From Octopus vulgaris (taxonomy: Eukaryota), in assembly GCA_951406725.2 (NCBI GenBank), contig OX597821.1, forward strand, positions 105,586,001 through 105,650,000: 64,000 nucleotides of DNA, written 5' to 3'. The number at the start of each line of letters is the position of its first letter. Position 1 is the stretch's first letter. A program made the translations under genes and the position numbers. The notes beneath the pieces are model-generated. The model had not been told where the DNA came from and searched no databases. It worked only from the letters and a program-made list of their open reading frames with translations. This document shows, one piece after another, positions 14,922-27,142 of the stretch.

Positions 14922-15905
14922 AAAGGGATATCTTCGATGTCTATGTACGCACGTACAAAATTTCGTCCATATGAAATATTAGTAACCCTAATGAAGCAAA
15001 CAGCGATAATGGAATGGATTTTAAATTGGTGTTTACTCTTACCAATACATTGCTGAAACGGCCGTATGAATTACACGTAAATTTTCACATTGGATTTTAA
15101 TTTGGCTTTTTTCCCTTCGTAGTTTCCATATACTCTTGTGAGCTGGAATATTAGCGCATCTAATGCGAAGAAGAGAAACGAGACATTGCCGGCAGTCGGT
15201 GACATAAGACCGGAATGTCGCGGAAGCTTGCCAGTAGGAGTTGTGCCACCGGCTGGGAAAGAGACAGCGGTGTGGGGAATTGCGCCTGGAGGAATATAAA
15301 CTGATGGTCTTCTTCTACAAAGGGGGAGATGTAGAAGAGCTGGTAGAAAAGCACCAAAAGGGAGTACCTTCAATCTTCCCACAGGAACCCGAATGATCTC
15401 CGCAGAGAGCTGTGGGTGTCATAATTTTCTCCATATCTTTTAAGCTGCAGGGACGCAATGAGGAATATCGCTTGTGGCCGGGCGGCGCCGACATGGATCC
15501 CGCCTTAGTCTTGAATGAGTCGCGGGTGATGGCGGAGTATACGAGCACAAAGGATGTTGGAGAGGAATAGTGACAAGAGGTTGAAAAGCCTCAGTGTTAT
15601 AATGTTTATTGTATAATGTTCAATGTTTATTGCATGTTATTGTGTTTAAGAGGCTTAACGCCCTAATTTTAAAATGGTCTCTTAGTCCATAATTGTAAAA
15701 CTGAAATAAGAGTTTCATCACCTTGTTTTTTCTTTTTCTATGTAAGAAGAAGAGAATAATGTTTTAGAGAAGCAAAACATCGGCGGCCGTTTTTTATCTT
15801 CTCTCATCAATATCGTCTTTTTTTCATCATTCATGTCATTAATGTTTCTGTCAAGCCCGCAAGCTACGCTTTGGTATGTCGTCATGGCAAATTTGATGAA
15901 ATAAA

Positions 15906-16195
15906 GTGGCTTGCTTACCAGCAACTATGCTCCGGGTTCAATCCCACTGCGTAGCACTTTGGGAAAGTGTTTTCTACTATAGCCTTGGACTGACTAAAAA
16001 CCTTCTGAGTGGATTTGGTAGAAAGAAACTGAAAGAAGATCGTCATATATACATATATATACATACGTATATATATAAATATATATGTATATATATATAT
16101 GTGTATGTGTGTGTGTCTGTGTGCATCTGTGTTTGTAACTCCATCATCACTTGACAACCGATGTTCGTGTGTTTATGACCCCGTAACTAAGCACT
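15906..16195 (+). mobile_element. tRNA-derived SINE (family B, CORE-like), partial
   Basis: gcttgcttacc...ccgggttcaatcccactgcgtagcactttgggaaagtgttttctactatagcc, internal (AT)/(GT) tract; homologous to 32145-32530. Confidence 0.85.
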
Positions 16196-16669
16196 AAGCT
16201 TATGCATCGATTTCTTCGATTATTGACGCTACCAAGCTCTATAAAGTTTTATGGAGTTTAACACTGTTTCTGTGTTGAAGGCACACGATTCAGTTTTGCC
16301 CTCTAAGTGTAGCTTGTTTCTATTTCCAAAAGTTTTTCAAAGACCATCGAATGATTTCTTTTGCAGAGTCCTCTACCTCTGATTAACCTATTACAAACAA
16401 TGATGGAATATTGCACACGACTCATGTCATACTTAAATATAATTTTCGAAAGTTACTCGTTTGATAAGCGTTGGAAATCAGTATTTCGTTGTCACAGTAG
16501 ACTTTTGCGCAGCAGGAGAAATCATCTTTCCTATAATTGTGTGCATAGACGAGGTCATGCTGATAGCATTTGAAAAGATTTTCTGCTGAAAGTGACTGCG
16601 TAAATTAGCTGCAATGTCTCTTTTAAGTAGGCGATCAATGATTTTGACAGCGTGATATATCGGTGCGTT

Positions 16670-16751
16670 CAACTAGTAGATAATCGGTCTTGGATTTTAA
16701 GACCCTTTATTGATTTTAGCACAAGCCATACGTGTATGTATATATACACAT

Positions 16752-16832
<81 letters not shown>

Positions 16833-16867
16833 TACATATATATATACATATATACATATATATATAT

Positions 16868-16933
<66 letters not shown>

Positions 16934-17310
16934 GTGAGTGTGTGTTTGTGTTTGTGTGTCTGTACGCATACCCAAACACACACACATATATTGGTTTACT
17001 GAAATTCCCCGATGGTTTTACTCAGCGGACAGCTTTATCCTCAATATCGTTGACAATGTCGATAAGTCTTTACAGGAAGATTTCCAGTTGTCATGTTATT
17101 TGGAATAATCTGTTTGATTGATATAGAGAATATATACTGCAGAACTAATTTGTCAGATGTTGACTTCATCCATCGCTTTCTTGTTCGTGTTTCTGTTAAG
17201 ATTATAGTTGGCATAAGCGTTGGGAATTGTTGTTTAGCTCCCGAGAAATAGTCTGTTTTATCGCCAGTTTCATTTCGGATTCAGTTTATGTTATTTTCTA
17301 ACATCTTTTT
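16670..17310 (-). mobile_element. Possible very degenerate Penelope RT fragment interrupted by (AT)n
   Basis: Minus strand ggtcttaaaatccaagaccgattatc resembles the DLK.RPII RT motif with a frameshift; the remainder is only weakly suggestive. Confidence 0.25.
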
Positions 17311-18459
17311 TTCAGAAGTGACTACTCCTTAGAATAAAAAGTTTTCCGGATGCATTTTTACCTTATACACACATTCATTCACACGTAGATTGATTGTCGG
17401 ATGTAATTGAACAAGCAAGTCTTTACACATTATCGTTAACTGGATTCATTAAAACACAATAACTAGCTAGACCATTCATTAATTTTACAATTACTCGTTG
17501 ATTATTGCTGCTATTAGAGTGACTGTATTCTAATGTCTTTGCGGAGGCGAACATTGTGTCGTCGCACTTTGAGTACCTGATTGTAGGGACCCTTTCCTTG
17601 TTTGTTCGTTTATTCATTTAAATATCGGCAAATTGCTACGGTGTACAAAAGAATCATGTAAGAAAGGGAGGAAATACTCTGTACAAGTATAATTCGCTTA
17701 ATTAATTGCAATTCTTCATTTAGTATCAGGAAAAATCTAGACCCATTTTGTTGTGTCTCTAAAAGAATAAGACAACGGTTTTGCGAAAACTATAATATAT
17801 GTATCAACGGATTTTGAACAATCTCAATAGATGATAAAATAATTTACAGTTCAATAAGAAATATGTGCGTATATGCTTGTGCGAAATATTCATATTTATA
17901 ATAAATGGTCAGAGATAATTTTCTTAACGAAGTGAACATAATAAATTTTAATTAATTGATATTACACCTGGGGTGAAAGATATAATCATTAGCTAAATGT
18001 TTAGTTATAATCAAGAATAACTGCGTGAATAAAAAACAAAATAAAATTAAGATTGTTAAGATATATTAGAAATCTGATATACCTTATGCGCTGAGGAAGA
18101 TTGTTCGACTGTGCAATTACGCTGCAGCTACGGGTATGGCTTGTAATTATAAATTAAAGAAATTGCGTCTTTTCTGTTAATATCAGAAAAGAATAATGAC
18201 ATTTTAGAAAAATGGGTGTGTGGTTTAAATGCTAATCATGCAACCACATGGATTTGGGTTCGGCCTGTTGAGCAGATTCTTGGAAGTAGTGTTTTGATTG
18301 GTCGTCACTAGAAAACTCCTATTCATTCTATTGGATAAACGGTACCGGCCCTAAATATGATGGTAACTGAAGGCAAAACATAAAGAGAAAGAAGCGGAGA
18401 ACATTAGCTACTTGAAAACATTGTTACACCAGCCTTTCAGTTCAGTAAATACCACACCT

Positions 18460-19010
18460 TAAAATAAGATATCAACTTCTTCACAGCCGGTGAGGAGTCC
18501 AGTTCATTGAAGCCTCCATACACGCAGAATGGCAGCTGAGCGTAGAACTCGTGGACCGGTTATATTTACCAGATATCATCGCAACAAAAACATTCCGTCC
18601 AGACAGAATGATCTTTTCAGATTTCACCAAAGAAATGATCATGTGCGAACTAAATGTATTCTGGGAAGAAAATATACACTAGGCACATGAGAAGAAGCTT
18701 GCCAAATAGGAGGAGCTGACAAAGGAGTGCAGAAATTAGGGATAGAAAACAGATTATGAGGCAATAGAAATGGTTGCATAAAGTTTGAGGGGCTTTTGTT
18801 CTCGGAAGTACTGAGTTTGCATAGAGTTACACGTGTAACAAAGAGAAGGCCTGTAAGGTAATTCAATGAAGCAACAGAGAAGGCCTCTCGGCAGCTTTCT
18901 ACTGAGGACAGGTCTTCTCTATTGGGTGGAAGATGGGATTTGACCAACCTCGGCTGGACCACCTGGAAATCCAGAAACGTCAATGACGAAGCAGTCCAGA
19001 GCACCGGCAA
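18460..19010 (+). mobile_element. HERO-clade (R2-group) non-LTR retrotransposon remnant, REL endonuclease domain and 3' end
   Basis: Translates WQLSVELVDRLYLPDIIATKTFRPDRMIFSDFTKEMIMCELNVFWEENIH*AHEKKLAK*EELTKECRN, then EATEKASR: the RPD...ELTVPWEE...K..KY..L motif with stops. Confidence 0.75.
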
Positions 19011-19758
19011 GATAAACACTGAGATTGAAACATGCAAACTTGACTAGCACCAGCGTAGGGCAGCATAGAAGGTGTAAGAACATTTTTACAGCAGCACCTA
19101 CTGACCAATTCCTTACGAGAGAAATTCTTAATCATTTCAGAGTAACAGGGTGGCGACTTATGTTGTATGTTGCATCTAACATATATAAATATTCACGTTA
19201 TAAAAAATAGAGAGTTTGTTTCTTTTGAAAATTTGATAAGCACTCTCAGTTTCTGAAACAGATTTATATTAGTAAGACTTCCTGTGTAAATTTACGTCCA
19301 TATGTAATCCTACTATCGTGTCGTGTATTTAGTTATAAGATGCTTAATTCATTTGCAGTCACATTTGCAATGATTTACCACTAGCTGTTGCCTAGAAGGC
19401 ACTCACAGTTCTTTCACTACAGAAAACCCATTCTTCAGATTAAAGTTTTGGGTAGGTATGTTGTTTTTATCGAAAGAAGCTTAGCCGTTTGCGAAATTCC
19501 TGCAACTGAGTTTTCACCTAAGCGGATTCTTCAGCTTATCTTGTTATTATGGCTGGAATCAAATAACCAAAACATTGCCAGAGGAGAAAGATATATTACA
19601 GTGAGAAAATATAAATTCTTCTTTGTTCCGGAGTTTAATAAATTACGATACAACCACATTATTTATTCAATTATGCGCAAAATCAAAAATTCCTGGTTAA
19701 TTATACGCAAATACATATACATACATAGATATATATGTATATATGTATATGTATGTAC

Positions 19759-19791
<33 letters not shown>

Positions 19792-19815
19792 CGTTTATGC
19801 ATGTATGTATGTATA

Positions 19816-19860
<45 letters not shown>

Positions 19861-20050
19861 TCCTTCATACATATATAAACAAACATATACATGAACACAC
19901 ACATATATACATATGCGTGTGTGTGCATGTGTGTATATAATTTTACATATATATATATATATATAAATATATATATACACATAAACATATATATATATAT
20001 ATATATCCAAACACATAATATATATATATTATATTTATGAATATAGATAC

Positions 20051-20140
<90 letters not shown>

Positions 20141-20822
20141 CTGTGTGTTCGTTTGTGTGCATGGATATATTGGGCGTCTAAATGTGTATATGCATAATAA
20201 ATTTATGTGCATTGCTAAATATATATGTGAAGGGGGGATACATATCACATGCCAGTGTGTGTGCTTGTGCAGGCATATCTATATGCGACGTCGCGCGCGT
20301 AAATTGGGGGAAATAACTGTCGCTGGAGTAAAATATTTTGCTATGCGTTAATAACTTAGCACAACTCTTCCGCCTCCCCTCTATTCATTTACGTAATCAT
20401 TCATCAGTATAAACATATATACTGATATAAACACTCGTAGAGAAACATTCATGCTCATTTAAGCACAGAATCACATTCAAGATTTCTCATATACATAATC
20501 ACCCATAGGCATATATCTTGTGTAATATTATATATGGATATTGATAAACGAGTATTTGTAAAAATAATTTCATAAACTAATATACTTACAAGACCTGTCA
20601 GAGAAAACTAACCATTGTGTGTGTTGTTTTATTTTCTCTCCATATTTTGTTTTAATTTAATATAAAATTAAATCAGTTTCCAACTTCTTCTAATTAGATA
20701 TTGCACCACCATTTATCAAAAGATTTTAGTAATATGATTAATGGATAATAACTCTAAAACTTTCATGGCGAAATTATTAAAATTTAGTTCATATAATTTG
20801 ATATTACTATATAGTTAATAAA

Positions 20823-21025
20823 TGCGGCGAGCTGGCAGAATCGTTAGCACAACGGACAAAATTCTTAGCAGTATTTCCTATGTCTTTACGATCTTCATCT
20901 CGTTGACTCGGTGGTGGACTGTGCCTTTCATCCTTTAGTGTCGATAAAATAAGTACCAGTTAAGCACGGGGCTTGATATAATACTCCCCTAAAATTTCAG
21001 CTGTCGTGCCTCTATTCGTGAGGAT
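20823..21025 (+). mobile_element. SINE family A copy
   Basis: Head gcggcgagctggcagaatcgttagc; body gcctttcatcctttagtgtcgataaaataagtaccag. Confidence 0.85.
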
Positions 21026-21201
21026 TATTGTATGTCAAAGACAAAGTGGAACAGCTGGTAAATTGGTGAAATAGAGGAGTGTATCATAAAAACGTACGGT
21101 ATTTAGGTCTACTGGGAAATTTCACCTCAACATTGTTCAGCAGCAATGAAATAAATCATCTAATCTTGTAGTAAGCAGCTAGATAATCGATTGCTCTCTT
21201 C

Positions 21202-21802
21202 TTTCTTTCATTATTGCCCATAGGGGGATAAACATAGAGGGGACGAAGAAGAACAGACAAAGGGATTAAGTCGCTCACATCGACCCTAGTGCGTAACTGG
21301 TACTTATTTAATCGACCCCGAAATGATGAAAGGCAAAATTGACCTCGGCTTAATTTGAACTCAGAACGTAGCGGCAGACGAAATACCTATTTCTTTACTA
21401 CCCACAATGGGCTAAAACGTAGAGAGTACAAACAAGGAGAGACAATCAGATTAAGTCGATTATATTGACGCCAGTGCGTAATTGGTACTTTTTTAATCGA
21501 CCCCGAAAGGATGAAAGGCAAAGTCGACCTCGGCGGAATTTGAACTCAGAACGTAGAGGTAGACGGAATACCTATTTCTTTATTACCCACAAGGGGCTAA
21601 ACGCAGAGGGGACAAACAAGGACAGACATAGGTATTAAGTCGATTACATCGACCCCAGTGCGTAACTGGTACTTAATTTATCGACCCCGAAAGGATGAAA
21701 GGCAAAGTCGACCTCGGTGGAATTTGAACTCACAACGTAACGCAGACGGAATACCGCTAAGCATTTCGCCCGGCGCGCTAATGTTTCTGCCAGCTCGCCG
21801 CC
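21202..21802 (-). mobile_element. SINE family A, one head plus three tandem ~183-185 bp body units
   Basis: Units at 21202-21387, 21388-21572 and 21573-21755, single head at 21756-21802. Confidence 0.9.
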
Positions 21803-21904
21803 TCCTCAAAATTTAGTTTCAAATTCTACTAGGAAATTTCGATAACGTTTCTGCCAGCTCTTCTTACCTCCTCAAAATATGTGAACATATGTCGGTGTCT
21901 GAAA

Positions 21905-22740
21905 TCAATAATTGATCACATCTTGATGGGTAGTCAATACTTCTTCAGGAGACAGCCATACACCTTGCATGATGAATTTTACTAGAACTGACAGTACCTT
22001 GGGAAGAGAACATCGGCAATGCAGAGGGACGAAAGGAGAAGAGGTATGAAATGCTAATCGAAGAATGCAGAGAACAGGGATAAAATGTCGAATATTATCA
22101 CCTGGCAGTGGGGGCTAGAGGCTTCATTGAAAAGAAAATGACACCGCTTTTGAAAAGAAGATTTGTTTTTTCTAGCCCCAAGCTGCGTAAACTAATAAGG
22201 AGAGTACAAGAGGTGGTCGAAAAAGCCAGCTCTATATATGGCTGAAGCGGGAAGACCGAAACTGGCTTGAAAGTCATAAACACGCCGACGGGAAATAACA
22301 TCATTAGGTGAGACAAGCTGACTGAATCAGCTTCGCTGACTGACAGGTGACGGTCGTTTAGAAAAAGCGCGGGCTAAAATTCCGCGTCTTCACTAGTCAG
22401 TTAAGGTGAAACAGTATCACGTGATGACTTGCTGGTGCTGCCTGCTGGAGCCTTTGCGGCAGGTATTTAAAGGAAGAAATTTGACAAGACAGTCAGTCAC
22501 CGGCTGACACTCGCTGACGATACATCGAAGAGGCCAGGGAACAGAAGAAAGAAGAAGAAATGCACCCCCCCACCAGAGCTAAAGACATCTCCGAAAAAGG
22601 AGTGGCGCCACGTCAAAACGGTAGGAGAGTAGGGGCCGAAACCGGACGTGGTTCCTCCTGATGATGTCCTGAGCTAACTGGATCCTATAAAGGAGCTCTT
22701 GTCGCAGCAGACCACGAAACACGGTTGTAATTCCCCCGAA
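21905..22740 (+). mobile_element. Second HERO-clade non-LTR remnant (zinc-knuckle remnant, REL domain, GC-rich 3' region)
   Basis: IDHILMGS...then LLELTVPWEENIGNAEGRKEKRYEMLIEECREQG*NVEYYHLAVGARGFI...VQEVVEKAS/IWLKRED; ORF ends ~22299, followed by a GC-rich tail. Confidence 0.8.
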
Positions 22741-25125
22741 TTTCTACACGATGTGAAAACGTGATATTTCTCCTCTTAGTAATGGCACTAATAGATTGTG
22801 ATAAATAAAAATATGACCATAATATACATACTTATGCCGAATTAAATTTTTTCAACAATATAAAAATAATCATAAATCGTTCAAAATTAAATATTGCACA
22901 TATAATTTAAAGTAGAAATCAATGGAAAATATAAATATATTTCGAAAAATACGAACCAATTTCAATAATGTCGGCAAAATAGGTTTAATATTTTATTTGG
23001 TAATAAAACCGTAACTAGTTATTTCTACCACACGTAATTTAAATTGACTTACCAAACACGCCTTTTTTTTCTTTCATAATTTAGTTGCGTAAGTTTGTGT
23101 GTTTGTTTGTATGTGTGTGCGTGCATGCGTGCGTGAGTATCAGTGAATGTGGTTGCAATCCAAGAAACAAACTTATAATAAACATACAATATAATTCGAT
23201 AGAATTTAGTGAAACAGGATTGCATACTATCAGTTTTCAGAATGATTAAAATGTATACATAGATGGTGAAAACTGCTGAATGTACTTCAAAATAGTGATA
23301 AATGTTCAGATTGAAGGTAGTTCGGTTTCACAACCGAAGCAGTGTATCGACCATGAAGATTTAAGCCTCAGTTTGATGCTCATGGTTGAATGGATTGTAA
23401 TCAACGTACATGCACAATGATGGAGAGTTAATGATTTGAAATTCTGTTTTATTCAGATGTTTATGAAATGCAATTAGACAGGACTTGCCCAAGATACCTA
23501 AATGTCTTCCGTTATTGTGTTCTGGAGAACTAAGTTCTTCGAGTCCATAAACTTGTAATCTTTCAACGCCAAGTGTATTTTTTTTCTTATGATACGTTTT
23601 ATATATTCGATGTACATATATTTACACAGAATCATCTCTTTTGTTGAAACGATGCTCTTTGGCTAACAGATTCGCATTGTCTTACCCATACAAGTATTAG
23701 AATGGATGCGACTGTTATTACCGGGATCTGCTTTGGTAAATATTGTAGTGTGTACTATACGTTATTATCACTCATTTGAACTATATGGCTGGGTAGCACA
23801 GATATACATTCTTAAACTACCTTAGTTTCAAAATATATACGTTTGTGGGAAATAAGTATTGTGAAAGTTATTTGCAATGAGAATCTTGCTTACATTGTTA
23901 GATTATTTAGTTTTGAAGTCGCTATTCAAATCTACAACCATCATCAGTCAATATTAGATTACAATGCACTCTTTGTCATGCAACAATCTATTCATAGGCA
24001 TAGAACTGGTCCACTTTGGACTGACTACCAATTTTATTTCATTTCTTGAAGCTTTAATTTGAATTAAGATAAATGAGCGGTCACCTGGTTATTTGTGACC
24101 TACGAAAAATTTAGACGTAGGAATTTTTTGACATAATGCTATTGAGGATTTGGGCTTCACTCACTCTCAGAAAGTTACTATAATCACCAATTTCCTTAGA
24201 TGTTACTGTTGTTATTGTCGCTTACAGGCAGGTCAGCGCAGCCATGTAGCATTCTATGTAGTGTATGCGGGCATTTTGTTTTATTCCAGGTTTAAAGATA
24301 AAACATTATGAAATATTAGACAATGACTGAGGGTATTTTGTTGTTACTGCTTGAGTGATGAGCGATCACCGAGAGTTTCCAATTATTATAAATCGACTTG
24401 AGCATTTTCGAAAAAAAAAAATTCTAATTGTGAGTTACGGTAAGAAGGCAATGAAATGATAATGAGACGTGATGTTTTATGAAAAGATATAATTAACAGA
24501 ATCACTTGCATGAAATCAAAAACACACTTCTGAACGATTATCAGAAATAAGTATTCCGGTAAACGTTCTTACTGTTTTAGAACACAAATTATCAGAAACA
24601 TTTGCACACGGAAAAGCACGTAGAATACAAACAGCTGACCAAAAATACGTATTGGAATTCGCAATATTTTCGCCAATAATTAACCTGTCAGGTGCACACG
24701 GATTTATAATCCTGGAGATATATCGATGAAATCGATTGCTATACCGAGTATTCAAAATTCTGAAAGGCTAATAACACGCACACTCTATGCCATTATGCAC
24801 AGAGTCATTGATGCATTCATAAACTCTATTAAAACTTAAGCACAGTCTCGCGTTAATATACACATTTACACATTTCCAAACGCATAAATCGTTAGCGGAA
24901 TACATGGTGTTGTCTCCGTGCGAATTATAAAATATTGCTCATAACTATGAGACGGGCAAACCTTCTGACCGACCAATAATATTAAAACACATTGCTACAC
25001 ATTCACGTGTGAATATAATCTACTGATAAATGGGAAAATAGATACCCATGGAATGCAAATTAAAATATTGGACCGTCGTACAAAAGCACTCAGACATGCA
25101 CATTCACAACATACACACATTTATA

Positions 25126-25996
25126 TACGCGGGCTGATCAATAAGTATCTGGACTGTTGCCATAGTAATGAAGCACGCAGAATGAAGCCACTGGGCACAG
25201 ACTGATCTTCAACTCGGCTGTGCATGCGCACAAAATTTCAACGTTCTACATTCCATAACTTCCGCTGTTTACAGCAGTACTTGGAATTAACGTGCGTAGC
25301 GAGTGTTCGTCGCATTGACCATGAGAGAGAAAGTTGAGCACAGAATCAGTATCAAATTTGGCCAAAAGCTTGGCGATACCTGCTCAGTGGCTTACGCAAA
25401 GTTTCAAAACGCTTTCATCTTATTCGACACAATCAAGGAGATCTTGTGCAACTTAAACCTGAGTGTCTTCTTGGGTCAACTGAAAGCAGTTCTGCCACAA
25501 ACTTGGCAGACAGGCGTATCATACCCAAATCTTCAGTAATAATGGAGTGATCTGAATCGTAACAAACCTGAACATCATCTGACAACTCACGGATGGTCAT
25601 TCGACGATTTCCCTTCATAGCTGCACGCACATATGCAATGTTTATCTCAGCTCTGCTGGTTGAGGGCTACCCAGAATTTCGTCCCTATCGAGATCTTGTC
25701 CGCCATCTTGCGAACTTTTGAACCACTCGTACACGTGTGTGGGGCTCATGCACACCTCTTCAGGAACTTTGCGCAAACGTCTGACAACATTCTATGTCAT
25801 GGGCAATACGGCGATCAGACGTTACACACGTCACTTCGAAGCACTCTTGTGAACAGGAGAAGTGCGCTAGAACGATGAAACTTAGTTCGTGTGGACAAAA
25901 GAGATGAAGGCCAATCTTTGAGAAGCGGCTTTACTCTGCATAAATTAGCTTTATCACTGAGGCAATAGTCCTGATACTCGTTGATCAGACCTCGTG
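25126..25996. mobile_element. Mariner-derived non-autonomous element made of two inverted 5' ends
   Basis: Left TA-CGCGGGCTGATCAATAAGTATCTGGACT and right (reverse complement) CACGAGGTCTGATCAACGAGTATCAGGACT. Plus strand MREKVEHRISIKFGQKLGDTC; minus strand EEVCMSPTHVYEWFK...NRRMTIRELSDDV...ITEDLGMIRLSAKFV (mariner HTH domains and linker). Confidence 0.85.
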
Positions 25997-26002
25997 CATA
26001 CA

Positions 26003-26290
26003 ATCGTATACTCGATCCCATGCAGCCGTGGTAGGTTATACAAAGGCGAAACATGCAGCCACCTCAAAAAAGTGTAGACGAGCATCGCAAAGCTGTGACA
26101 CGAGGATATATTGATAAATCGAGTATAGCTGATTTTGTATGGAAACATGGACACCAACTGCCCGTGTGGGATGAAGTTAAAATCATAGACAGAGAACACC
26201 ACTGGAGAATACGCTAGGACACAACAACCTCCTAAGCAGACCGAGTGCAGATATGAGTAGCATATGGAAACCGGTATTCAGGAAGGATAG
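26003..26290 (+). mobile_element. Penelope-like GIY-YIG endonuclease pseudogene fragment
   Basis: IVYSIPCSRGRLYKGETC, frameshift, DEHRKAVTRGYIDKSSIADFVWKHGHQLPVWDEVKIIDREHHWRIR, deletion, GHNNLLSRPSADMSSIWKPVF: VY...YxG-ET and EH motifs. Confidence 0.85.
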
Positions 26291-26337
26291 GAACATATTA
26301 GATTTATACATAGTTCCTCATCTCTTGAATATAGAAC

Positions 26338-26398
<61 letters not shown>

Positions 26399-27023
26399 TG
26401 TACAATGATAATAACAAAAACGATTAAGATGATGTTTACGATTGTTCAGTTAACTTTAATTTTATCATAGACTAACATTTCTGTTCTGCATTTTCACACT
26501 TCTTCCTTGGTATTCCTTTCGATTTTCTTCGAAATTTTCACGCTATGCTCCACGCACATATATGCATGTATACATACACGTACCTTTACACACACGCACT
26601 GATAGACAGACGGAAACACACATACACATGCTCAAAGGTGTGTTGAACTTCAATTTCAGTTTCCCCGACGCTTTTAACCATTTTGCCCACGAAATCTCCC
26701 TCTCAATTTCCTTCTCCCCATCTGTCTCTTTCTCTTCATCTTCTCTATCTCAGCTACACTCTATGTAACCCTCTTTTATTCTTTGATTTATCACCTCTGA
26801 TGTTCGGTTTTTCGTTATTCAATGAACTACAGATTATTACGTGTTTTATTTTACTTAGTTGAAAAATCACACGCACACACACAGTGAGATACAAGGACAA
26901 GTATTCACGAATTCCTCCGCTCCCCACCTTGCTATTTATGTCTAACTATCACCATGACATTGTTTTCTCTGCACCTCTGTCCTTGTTTAGGTACATCATT
27001 CCCCCTCTCTCTCTTTCTCTCGC

Positions 27024-27067
<44 letters not shown>

Positions 27068-27104
27068 TATGCATATTAACATGCGTATATATGTGCGTGT
27101 ATCC

Positions 27105-27142
<38 letters not shown>

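Noticed and set aside
21202-21755. Tandem ~184-bp units considered as a CRISPR-like or satellite array
   Set aside because: No unique spacers; the units are SINE bodies in a eukaryotic context.
22658-22730. CTGATGA...GAAAC...GTA read as a type-I hammerhead
   Set aside because: Stem III can form, but the stem I strands (ggttcctc / attccccc) do not pair and stem II has no closing pair.
24516-24755. Region open for ~70-80 codons on both strands
   Set aside because: No recognisable domain or convincing splice sites; within chance.
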